A stretch of 62,470 nucleotides of DNA, taken from an uncultured Fibrobacterota bacterium (lineage in GTDB: Bacteria > Fibrobacterota > CAYVZU01). The translations under genes were made by a program, and so were the position numbers. The stretch covers positions 1 to 62,470 of the forward strand of contig CAYVZU010000009.1 of NCBI GenBank assembly GCA_964455935.1, written 5' to 3'. The notes below the pieces were generated by a model that was not told the DNA's origin, did not search any database, and saw nothing but the letters and a program-made list of their open reading frames with translations. This document shows, one piece after another, positions 19,920 to 27,715 of the stretch. Position 1 is the stretch's first letter; each line of letters starts with the position of its first letter.

Positions 19920-22900
19920 ATGGGAACTCGCTCCAAACTTTCTTCCATCGCCGGCTCCGCTGCGCTTGCCGGTCTTTGTCTGTGTCTGGCCGTGTCTTGC
20001 GGCGGCCGGAAAACCCTCCAGAAGCCGGCCGAACCCGGGCCCAAAAGACCGGCCGTCCGAAGCGTCCCGGCCGCCGATACCTCGGCCCAAACGGTTCGCA
20101 ATGTCCTGACCGAGATTCCTCCGGTCGATACCAGCGGCGGAATGGCCAAGGACGACGCACTGGTCATTCTTTCGTGCAACAACTATCTCCAGATGTTCCC
20201 CGAAAGTCCAAAAAACGCGGATGTTTTGCAGATCAAAGCCTCGACCTACTACAACGGCAAGCGGTTCAACAGCGCGCGTGAGAGCTACGAGGAGCTGCTG
20301 AAACGATATCCGGCCAGCCTCCACGTGAGCGAAGCCATGAAAATGATCGCCCAAAGCTTCTATGTCGAGAAGGATTTTGCCAAGGCCGAGGATTGGTATC
20401 GAAAGCTGCGCCAGCTGGCCGCGGCCACAGGGGCCGATGAGGGCGAAGCCGTGGCCCGCCTGTCCGAAGCCGTTTACCGCGGCGCGGAACGCCTTGAACA
20501 GACGGGAAAGCTGCTGGAAGCGGCCAAGGAATACGAGCGGGTCGCAATCGAGTTTGCCTCGGCCAAGATCGCCGACGTATCCCTGATCAATGCGGGGCTG
20601 GTATATGAAAAACTGATCGACTGGTCGGCGGCCATTCTCATGTACAGCCGCTTGATCAATGATTTTCCGAATTCCTCGTACCGTCCGCGCGGATTCTTTC
20701 GCATCGGCAAATGCTACGAAAAATTGAGCGATTGGGAGAAAGCCGCGGAGGCCTATTTGACGCTGGTGCGGACCTATCCCGCGGACCCGCTTGCCGTGGA
20801 CGCCATTTACAATGCGGGCATGTGTTTTCAAAACGCGGAAAACTGGTCCGCGGCGGCCAAGACCTTCGAACGCATGGCCGAGCTCTATCCCAAAGCCAAA
20901 GATGCCTCGAACGTGCTGTTCATTGCCGGCGAGCTCTACATGAAAATCAACGACTGGAATAACGTGGCCCGGATCAACCGCATTTTCGAAAAGAATTTCG
21001 GCGGCGACAAAGAACGCGTGGTCCAGGCCCTGTGCATGGCGGCTGTGGCCGCCAAAATGCAGAAGCGAAACGACGAGGCCGTTAAAACCTTTCAGGATGC
21101 TCTAGGCGCCTTCCGCAAACTGCCGCAAAAGAGCGAGATCAATGTCTATTATGCAGCCAAGGCTCAGTTCTCCATTGGCGAGATTTACCATGAAATGATG
21201 CGGGCCATTAAGTTGACCCAGCCGCCCAACGTATACAAGGAGCAGCTCGGTCGCAAAGCCCAGTACCTGCAAATGGCCATCGAGAACTACAGGCTCACGC
21301 CGGGCTATAAGGTCCGGGATTGGACCACGCAGTCCATCTACTGCTTGGGACAGGCCTTCGAGGATTTTGGCCTGGGAATTTTTCAGCAGGAACGGCCCGC
21401 CAATTTGACCCTGGACAATCTGGTGGCTCTCGAAACGGGCATTGCCAATGCCGCGGTGGAATATTTCGTAGGACCCGGGCGAGCTTTGCCCACCTATGAA
21501 AGCAACGTCACTCTGGGATCCAAGCTCAATATCGAGGACCGGTGGATCCTGAAATCACGCGACAAACTGACGATGCTCCCCTACTCGGCGGCCCAAAGCT
21601 ATACCAAGCTGATGGAAATTGTCCAAAAGACCCCGCGTACGGCCGGCGATCAGCCGCCGGTGGTGCAAATCCGCGCCAAGCTGGGAGTCCTCCAGCAAAT
21701 TGGCCCGCTTCAGCAAAAAGCCATCGAACTTTATCTAAAGACTCTTGAGCGCGGATTGATGTACCAGATCCAGGACGAATACGTTCGCAAGGCCACCACC
21801 GAGGTCACATCCATTTCCTACGCCATTGGCGAGACCTACCGCGAAATCGTACAGATCGCGCGAAGCGCTCCCATCCCGGAAGCGCTGGCCGCACTGCCGT
21901 ACGAACGTTTTCTCTATAAACTGAAGCTGATCGAAACGGGAATCGCGGACTATGAAAGCAACTCGCTCGACGCGTTCAAGGACAACGTGGGAATCGCGCG
22001 AGCCTACAAGCTCAACGATCAGTGGGTCGACAGTTCGCGGATCCGTATTGGCCAGATCCTTCTGGAGCGCGCCCGAACCCGCGACGTACTCTCGATCGAA
22101 GCGCTGGAGGCCCCTCCGCTGCCGGCCGATGTGGCCACCGAAGAGGAAAAGCAGGCTTATAAGGCGCAATTCGAGGAACTCGGCTTCAAGCTGCAGGACG
22201 GCTGCGCCGCCATATACCGCGACATTCTGCGCATGGGGCGCGAGGGCACGGTGATGGGAGAAGCGGTCGCGCATGCCTACATGCGCCTCTACCAGATCGA
22301 TCCCAAACAGTACGGCACGCCCCAGGTCGTTCCAAAGGCCAGGACATTTGGGCCGGGCCCCCACTGGAAATCGTTTGCGGGCCAGCCCCCGCCGGCCTGG
22401 CTCCAGGACGGTTACGACGACAGTCAATGGAAACCGGTTCGCAAGGGCCTTATTTCGCCCGCAATGACGATCAAGGGATTCAAGGAAAAACCGCCCGTGC
22501 CCATGTGGGGCGAGGACACCGGAGCGGCCGCTCCGGCCGCGGACGGATCGTATTCGCCGGCGCTCTCGATCTGCATAAGAACGGTGCTGTTTGCCAACAG
22601 CGTGCCATTGGAAGGGGCGCTGGAAGCGGCAGGCCTGGACTCTTTTCAAATCTGGCTGAACGGCAAGAGCGTGGTGTTCGACTCGACCCAGGCGGCCCGG
22701 CCCGCCTCCATGGCCCACACAGCCGATGTCCGGACTTTGCTGCGGAAGGGAAAGAACATCATTGCCATGCAGGGCTGGAGGAAGACCAAGGCCGGCTATG
22801 GTCTCCTGCTGCGGCTGGACTATGTGGAAGAGGCCCAGGCGTTCCAGGCTATTCCGCCCGGAACCAGGGAGCCATTGTCCACGGACCAGATCCTGAATCA

Positions 22901-22964
22901 TGTTTTTCCGGAGATTGCGAATTTTCCCGAGGTCGTAAAACCGAAAATCAAATTGCCGGGGTAA
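19920..22964 (+). CDS. TPR lipoprotein (GltD/AgmU-like) with C-terminal jelly-roll sugar-binding-like domain
   Basis: Lipobox LAVSC and about 10 TPRs. YAAKAQF...WTTQSIYCLGQAFEDF resembles the GltD C-terminal region. The C-terminus has W...GYDDSQW, FQIWLNGK and LLRKGKNIIAM. Confidence 0.8.
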   Translation: MGTRSKLSSIAGSAALAGLCLCLAVSCGGRKTLQKPAEPGPKRPAVRSVPAADTSAQTVRNVLTEIPPVDTSGGMAKDDALVILSCNNYLQMFPESPKNADVLQIKASTYYNGKRFNSARESYEELLKRYPASLHVSEAMKMIAQSFYVEKDFAKAEDWYRKLRQLAAATGADEGEAVARLSEAVYRGAERLEQTGKLLEAAKEYERVAIEFASAKIADVSLINAGLVYEKLIDWSAAILMYSRLINDFPNSSYRPRGFFRIGKCYEKLSDWEKAAEAYLTLVRTYPADPLAVDAIYNAGMCFQNAENWSAAAKTFERMAELYPKAKDASNVLFIAGELYMKINDWNNVARINRIFEKNFGGDKERVVQALCMAAVAAKMQKRNDEAVKTFQDALGAFRKLPQKSEINVYYAAKAQFSIGEIYHEMMRAIKLTQPPNVYKEQLGRKAQYLQMAIENYRLTPGYKVRDWTTQSIYCLGQAFEDFGLGIFQQERPANLTLDNLVALETGIANAAVEYFVGPGRALPTYESNVTLGSKLNIEDRWILKSRDKLTMLPYSAAQSYTKLMEIVQKTPRTAGDQPPVVQIRAKLGVLQQIGPLQQKAIELYLKTLERGLMYQIQDEYVRKATTEVTSISYAIGETYREIVQIARSAPIPEALAALPYERFLYKLKLIETGIADYESNSLDAFKDNVGIARAYKLNDQWVDSSRIRIGQILLERARTRDVLSIEALEAPPLPADVATEEEKQAYKAQFEELGFKLQDGCAAIYRDILRMGREGTVMGEAVAHAYMRLYQIDPKQYGTPQVVPKARTFGPGPHWKSFAGQPPPAWLQDGYDDSQWKPVRKGLISPAMTIKGFKEKPPVPMWGEDTGAAAPAADGSYSPALSICIRTVLFANSVPLEGALEAAGLDSFQIWLNGKSVVFDSTQAARPASMAHTADVRTLLRKGKNIIAMQGWRKTKAGYGLLLRLDYVEEAQAFQAIPPGTREPLSTDQILNHVFPEIANFPEVVKPKIKLPG

Positions 22965-23037
22965 GTCAAAATTATGAATTATGAATTGCGGATGAGGAAA
23001 TGAAAGTAACTACTCAGGTCCTACTGCGCGGTGGTAT

Positions 23038-23107
23038 TGTCATTTCGACGAGTCTTCGAAGAGAAATCTTGGGGGAAGAAAGATTTCTCGCTTCGCTCGA
23101 AATGACA
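23038..23107. repeat. Palindromic REP/RPE-like element, copy 2 (inverted relative to copy 1)
   Basis: TGTCATTTCGACGAGTCTTCGAAGAGAAATCT...AGATTTCTCGCTTCGCTCGAAATGACA. Confidence 0.9.
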
Positions 23108-23167
23108 TGGAAAAAATGAAAAGTTTCGAATGAAAAGCAGAAGAAGAAAAATGCAGCAGGAGAAAGA

Positions 23168-23578
23168 ATGAAGACAAAACACAAACTTGGGCATGTAGTC
23201 CAATCCATCCTTCATCCTTCATCCCTCATCCTCGTTGTGACGGCCGCCCTGTTGACGATTTCCGCGGCTCCGCCCCGGCCATCTGCAGCTCCGGCATCCA
23301 AACCGGCCAAGCCCGCCTCCGCGGCAGCCCCCAAAACCGCGGCGCCCGACACCGCGGCCAAATCGGACGACCGGCAGAGCTTCGTACTGCGACGGCCCGG
23401 CGAAATCACCTTCACGACCGGCGCAGTGATCGAGGGCAAAATCGAGAAGCCGCAAGTCATGATTATTCTGCCCAAAGAAAAAATACAGGCCGACTCGATC
23501 ATCTTCGATCAGAGCTTCCGCGCGCAAATGCTGGAGCCCCTTGATATTCAGAGCGTGCGGGCAACGGAGATGGAATAG
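23168..23578 (+). CDS. CglF/GltF-like small exported protein
   Basis: Signal peptide, Ala/Pro linker, then ITFTTGAVIEGKIEKPQVMIILPK...F...L, which resembles the IEGxxxKP core of CglF/GltF. Sits between the TPR genes and the motor genes. Confidence 0.7.
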   Translation: MKTKHKLGHVVQSILHPSSLILVVTAALLTISAAPPRPSAAPASKPAKPASAAAPKTAAPDTAAKSDDRQSFVLRRPGEITFTTGAVIEGKIEKPQVMIILPKEKIQADSIIFDQSFRAQMLEPLDIQSVRATEME

Positions 23579-23675
23579 AGCAGGGCGATATTTCGTGTGC
23601 TTGCACCGGGAGAATTTTAATTTCAGGAGAACCCGTTACTGGATCGCAGGCGGATAAAGAAGCTGGAGGTAATTC

Positions 23676-24317
23676 ATGTTTAGCGCGGAATCCATTGCCC
23701 GGTTTTTCAAAGAGGGTGGCATCTTCATGTACGTGATCGCGGGGGTGTCGGCCCTTGCCCTCGGCGTGTTGCTGGAACGGATTTTTTATTATCTGGTCCG
23801 CTGCCGCATTAACGCCAAGGCCCTGTTGGCCGAAGTCATGCGGCTCATCCGCAGCGACAAGATCGAGGAAGCCCGTAAAGTCTGCGCCTCCAGCCGAGCG
23901 CCGCTGGCCCAGATTTTGGAGGCCGGCGTTTATCATTTTCAGCAGGGGGAATCGGACCAGGAAATCCAGAATGCGGTGGACGAAGTCGCGCTTCGCGAAC
24001 TGCCCAGAATCAACCGGCGCACGCACTACCTTTCATTGTTCGCCAACGTCGCCACCCTGCTTGGACTGCTGGGGACCATCCAGGGCCTGATCTCATCATT
24101 TGCGGCCTTGGCCACGGCCGAGGCTTCACAGAAAGCGACTCTTTTGGCCGGCGGCATTGCCGTGGCCATGAATACCACGGCCTTGGGACTGGTGGTGGCC
24201 ATCCCCTGCATGGTGGCATTTTCGATTCTGGGCTCAAAAGCCAATACGATTATCGAGGAAATTGACGAGAGTTCCGTCCGGATTTTGAATTTCCTTTTTT
24301 CGCAGCGCCGCCACTGA
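23676..24317 (+). CDS. MotA/TolQ/ExbB proton-channel protein (AglR-like)
   Basis: GGIFMY...LER and RTHYLSLFANVATLLGLLGTIQGLI...AMNTTALGLVVAIP. RBS ggaggt. Confidence 0.93.
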   Translation: MFSAESIARFFKEGGIFMYVIAGVSALALGVLLERIFYYLVRCRINAKALLAEVMRLIRSDKIEEARKVCASSRAPLAQILEAGVYHFQQGESDQEIQNAVDEVALRELPRINRRTHYLSLFANVATLLGLLGTIQGLISSFAALATAEASQKATLLAGGIAVAMNTTALGLVVAIPCMVAFSILGSKANTIIEEIDESSVRILNFLFSQRRH

Positions 24318-24338
24318 TCCGGCTGCTGCACGAAGAAC

Positions 24339-24854
24339 ATGGCAGAACTCGAAAAAATCCAAGGCAAAGCCGAGGGCAAGCCGGCGACGAAAAGAGCCTT
24401 GCGCGGCGCCGGGGCCGGCGGGCTCGAAACCGTCGATCTCGACGTAACCCCGGTCATGAACCTTTTTCTGGTCTTGATTCCGTTCCTTGTCTCCATGGCC
24501 GTGTTCACGCATCTGGCCATCGTGGAGTTTTCGCTCCCGCCGGGCGTTTCAGACCAGAGCGAAGCCGACCCCACAACCCCGGATCACATCGACATCTCGG
24601 TGGTCCTTACCGACAAAGGCTACACCATTATGGGTTCCGGACAGAAGCTGGAACTGGTGCCCAAATCGGGCGAACGCTACGATTTCGAAGCCCTGATCCG
24701 GCAGCTCAAGGCCATCAAATACAAATACCCGCAGGAAGAAAGCATTGTTCTGGTCGTGGAGCCTTCCGTGCTCTACGAGGACATCATCCATTTCATGGAC
24801 AAGTGCCGCGAAAGCCAGTTTCCCAACATTGGCTTGTCGGGAGGATTTCAATGA
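24339..24854 (+). CDS. ExbD/TolR protein (AglQ-like), with Asn at the conserved TM Asp
   Basis: LDVTPVMNLFLVLIPFL transmembrane segment and ExbD periplasmic fold (VLYEDIIHFMD). Confidence 0.88.
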   Translation: MAELEKIQGKAEGKPATKRALRGAGAGGLETVDLDVTPVMNLFLVLIPFLVSMAVFTHLAIVEFSLPPGVSDQSEADPTTPDHIDISVVLTDKGYTIMGSGQKLELVPKSGERYDFEALIRQLKAIKYKYPQEESIVLVVEPSVLYEDIIHFMDKCRESQFPNIGLSGGFQ

Positions 24855-25177
24855 GTCTGCATATCAAGCGAAAGATCAACAGGGATTTCGCGATCATCAA
24901 GCTTTCGGGAGAGGCCACCTCGGAAGAGGTCAGCAAACTTTCCAAAGCCATTGAGGAAAGCCGCGTCAAAGGGTTCCGCAAGATCGCCGTGGATGTGGCG
25001 GAAACCGTTTTTCTCGATAGCTCGGCTCTTGGCGTTCTGATTCTCAACTACAAGATGCTATCGAAGGAGAATGGCGACCTCTGTCTGCTGAGCCCCACCC
25101 TATACATCCGCGATCTGCTGCGCAATTCGAATCTCGATACGGTCTTCCGGCTCGTGGACAGCGAAGAGGATTTATGA
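24851..25177 (+). CDS. STAS-domain protein (anti-sigma-factor antagonist family)
   Basis: IAVDVAETVFLDSSALGVL, with the conserved phosphorylatable Ser. ATGA overlaps with both flanking exbD genes. Confidence 0.9.
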   Translation: MSLHIKRKINRDFAIIKLSGEATSEEVSKLSKAIEESRVKGFRKIAVDVAETVFLDSSALGVLILNYKMLSKENGDLCLLSPTLYIRDLLRNSNLDTVFRLVDSEEDL

Positions 25178-25686
25178 GCTTTCCGGCCTGCAAATCGTCC
25201 GGAATGAAGCCGCGCAAAACACGTGCGCGTACGCCCAAGGCCTTTAAGGTCCAGCTAACCTCTTTGGTGGATGTAATGACCATTTTGCTTGTGTTCCTGA
25301 TAAAAAGCTTCTCGGCCGAAGGCAACGTCATGAACGTTCCGCAGGATATCAAGCTTCCGGCTTCCACGGCCCAGAAGCAGCCAAAACCCGCAATCATTCT
25401 CTCGATCAACAATCGGATTCTGCTGGCTGAGGGCGACCCCGTTGCGGACATGACCGAGATGATAAAAACCGACGATCTCTTGATCGAGCCGCTTTACAAC
25501 TGGCTTGGAAAACGGCGCTCGATGACCGAGAAGATCGCGCAATATTCCACAACAACGGAATTCAAAGGCGAGATCGCGATCCAGGGCGACCGCAAAATTC
25601 CATTCCGGCTTCTGCAGAAGATCATGTTTACCTGTGGCCGGGTGGGCTATAGCAACTTTTCGCTGGCCGTCATCCAGGAGGAGTAG
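25174..25686 (+). CDS. ExbD/TolR protein (AglS-like)
   Basis: LTSLVDVMTILLVFLIKSFSAEG, LPAST, IQGDRKIPFRLLQKIMFTC...FSLAV. Alternative start at 25204. Confidence 0.9.
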   Translation: MSFPACKSSGMKPRKTRARTPKAFKVQLTSLVDVMTILLVFLIKSFSAEGNVMNVPQDIKLPASTAQKQPKPAIILSINNRILLAEGDPVADMTEMIKTDDLLIEPLYNWLGKRRSMTEKIAQYSTTTEFKGEIAIQGDRKIPFRLLQKIMFTCGRVGYSNFSLAVIQEE

Positions 25687-26744
25687 TGGAGTTTCCGGGA
25701 CAGGAACCCATCATTGTCGGGAGCGCCGTCCGGGCGCCCACCGCCAGCGTTGCGGCCATTCGCGGGAGCTTCTTTCAGAATCTCGATCCGCGTCTGGCGG
25801 GGTTGATGCTGGTTTCGATGCTCATTCACGGCGGGGTTGTCGCATACTTGTACAGGGTGCCCACGCCAAAGCGCGAAGCGATGGAGCTGGAAAAGATTCC
25901 CGAACGTTTCGCAAAATTCATCATCGATAAACCCTTGCCCAAGAAAGAACAGGCAGGCCGCGCAAAGGGCGAGGGCGGGCAAAAGAGTTCGAAAACCGCG
26001 GAAACAGCAAAGGCCGAACCGGCCAAGGGTACGGAGGTCGATCCCGCGGTTCAGGCGAAGCGCGTCGCGCAGGCCCAAAAGAGCGTAGCCAAGAGGGCCC
26101 AGCGGGCCGAGGCCATGCTTCGCAATTCGGGGGTCCTAGGTATGCTTTCAGGGCTGGGGGCCACGGGCAAGGGGCCGGCGGTGGTGGATGTGCTTGGACG
26201 CGCGGGCCGGGTAAGCGCCGCCACGGACCTCGAATCGCAGTTGCAGGGAGTTACCGGCCTGACCAGCGCCGCCACGGCCATGAACCAGCCGCTCGTGCGA
26301 AGCCGTGAGGGTGTGGGAACCGCGCAAAAGGCCGACATTTCGGACCTGATCATGGGGCTGGAGGGTGCAAGAGCGAGCTCGCTCGCCCACCGGGGCGAAA
26401 TTCAGTGGTACAAGCCGCCCGAGATCGTGGGCCAGGCTTCCAGTAGCGCCAAGCGCGCCCAGGAAGCCATCAACCGCGTCGTGAAGGACAAACTAACCAC
26501 CATCAAAGTCACCTATGAACGCATTTTAAAATTAAACCCGAACCTCTCGGGCAAATTGACGGTGCGCTTCACGATCGAGGAGGATGGCAGCGTGTCGAAT
26601 GTGGAGATCATCGAAACGACAGTGAATTCCCCCGAACTGGAGCGGGAAATCATCCGCAAAGTGGAACGTTGGATATTCGAACCGCTGGCCTCCGGCAGCG
26701 GAACCACGGTCGTAACATACCCGTTTATTTTTCAGTCGAAATAA
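25686..26744 (+). CDS. TonB-like protein with AgmX/PglI (GltG/GltJ) C-terminal domain
   Basis: GTG start overlapping the previous stop. Single TM with SxxxH (SMLIHG), ERFAKFII, SGVLGML, C-terminal YERILKLNPNLSGKLTVRFTI...VTYPFIF. Confidence 0.88.
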   Translation: MEFPGQEPIIVGSAVRAPTASVAAIRGSFFQNLDPRLAGLMLVSMLIHGGVVAYLYRVPTPKREAMELEKIPERFAKFIIDKPLPKKEQAGRAKGEGGQKSSKTAETAKAEPAKGTEVDPAVQAKRVAQAQKSVAKRAQRAEAMLRNSGVLGMLSGLGATGKGPAVVDVLGRAGRVSAATDLESQLQGVTGLTSAATAMNQPLVRSREGVGTAQKADISDLIMGLEGARASSLAHRGEIQWYKPPEIVGQASSSAKRAQEAINRVVKDKLTTIKVTYERILKLNPNLSGKLTVRFTIEEDGSVSNVEIIETTVNSPELEREIIRKVERWIFEPLASGSGTTVVTYPFIFQSK

Positions 26745-26764
26745 TCCGCGGAAAGGAGCGCCTT

Positions 26765-27715
26765 ATGGTCGTGACTTCCCCATCGATTCGCCGGGCCGGG
26801 TTTCACCGGCGGGGTTGTTGTTTCCCGGTTCTAATCGGGCTGTTTTTGGCGGCCGCCGTTCTGGCGCCGCTGCCCTGCGCGGCGGGTATCCTGCGCGCGG
26901 GCGACGCGCTTGAGATCTTTGTGGCCGATCACCCGGAACTGACCCGAAAAGTGCTGGTCTCCGCCGAGGGCACGCTCGACTATCCGTTCTTCAGCGATCG
27001 CTCGGTGCTGGGCCTAACCCCGGAGGAGGTCTCAGACCTGCTTATGTTTCGCTTGGCCAAGAGCATCACCAACCCATTTGTCCTCGTCACGCCTTTGCGT
27101 TCGCTGCCCATCACGGTCCGCGTGCTGGGTCAGGTGAAGAAGCCGGGTCAGATTCAGCTTCCAGTGGGGTCCAGCATGCAGGAGGTCCTGATGGCCGCCG
27201 AAGGGCCCACCGATTTCGCCAATCTTGCCGATGTGCGCCTGATCCGGGACAAAGCGACCGAGGCCGATGCCGTGCGGGTGGATTTCCGCAAGTTCATGGA
27301 GACCGGCAACATCTCCCTGCTTCCCGAGATCCGCAACAACGACACCGTGATCCTGCTGGCGAGCCCGCGCGACATGAAAGTGAAAGTCCTGGGATGCGTA
27401 AGCCGGCCCGGCTACTATTCCCTGCAGGGCGAGACCACAATTTTCGATGCCATCTACATGGCCGGCGGACCCGAAGACAAGGCCAACCTTTCCAAGATCC
27501 GGCATGTGCTGCAGACCCTGGACGGCAAGAATGTCGATCAGATTGTGGATCTTCAGAAGTATATTGATAAAGGACGCATGGACGAGATCCCCAAAGTCAA
27601 TGCGGGGGACGCCATTATTGTTTACAAAAAAATGTTCACCTGGGGAACGTTCCTGACATTGGTGCGGGATGCGCTGATGCTGTTTACCGCCTATCAGGTT
27701 TTCGTGGGGAGCTAA
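26765..27715 (+). CDS. wza: Polysaccharide export OPX/Wza protein (Poly_export + 2 SLBB)
   Basis: LRAGDALEI...VSAEGTLDYPF, VRVLGQVKKPG, VKVLGCVSRPG and a C-terminal amphipathic helix. RBS aaggag. Only 20 nt after the TonB-like gene. Confidence 0.88.
   Translation: MVVTSPSIRRAGFHRRGCCFPVLIGLFLAAAVLAPLPCAAGILRAGDALEIFVADHPELTRKVLVSAEGTLDYPFFSDRSVLGLTPEEVSDLLMFRLAKSITNPFVLVTPLRSLPITVRVLGQVKKPGQIQLPVGSSMQEVLMAAEGPTDFANLADVRLIRDKATEADAVRVDFRKFMETGNISLLPEIRNNDTVILLASPRDMKVKVLGCVSRPGYYSLQGETTIFDAIYMAGGPEDKANLSKIRHVLQTLDGKNVDQIVDLQKYIDKGRMDEIPKVNAGDAIIVYKKMFTWGTFLTLVRDALMLFTAYQVFVGS

Noticed and set aside
23676-26744. Ordinary TonB-ExbBD uptake or Tol-Pal system
   Set aside because: No TonB-dependent receptor, tolB or pal nearby. 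Two ExbDs, a CglF-like gene, giant TPRs and an AgmX/PglI-type C-terminus fit Agl-Glt better.
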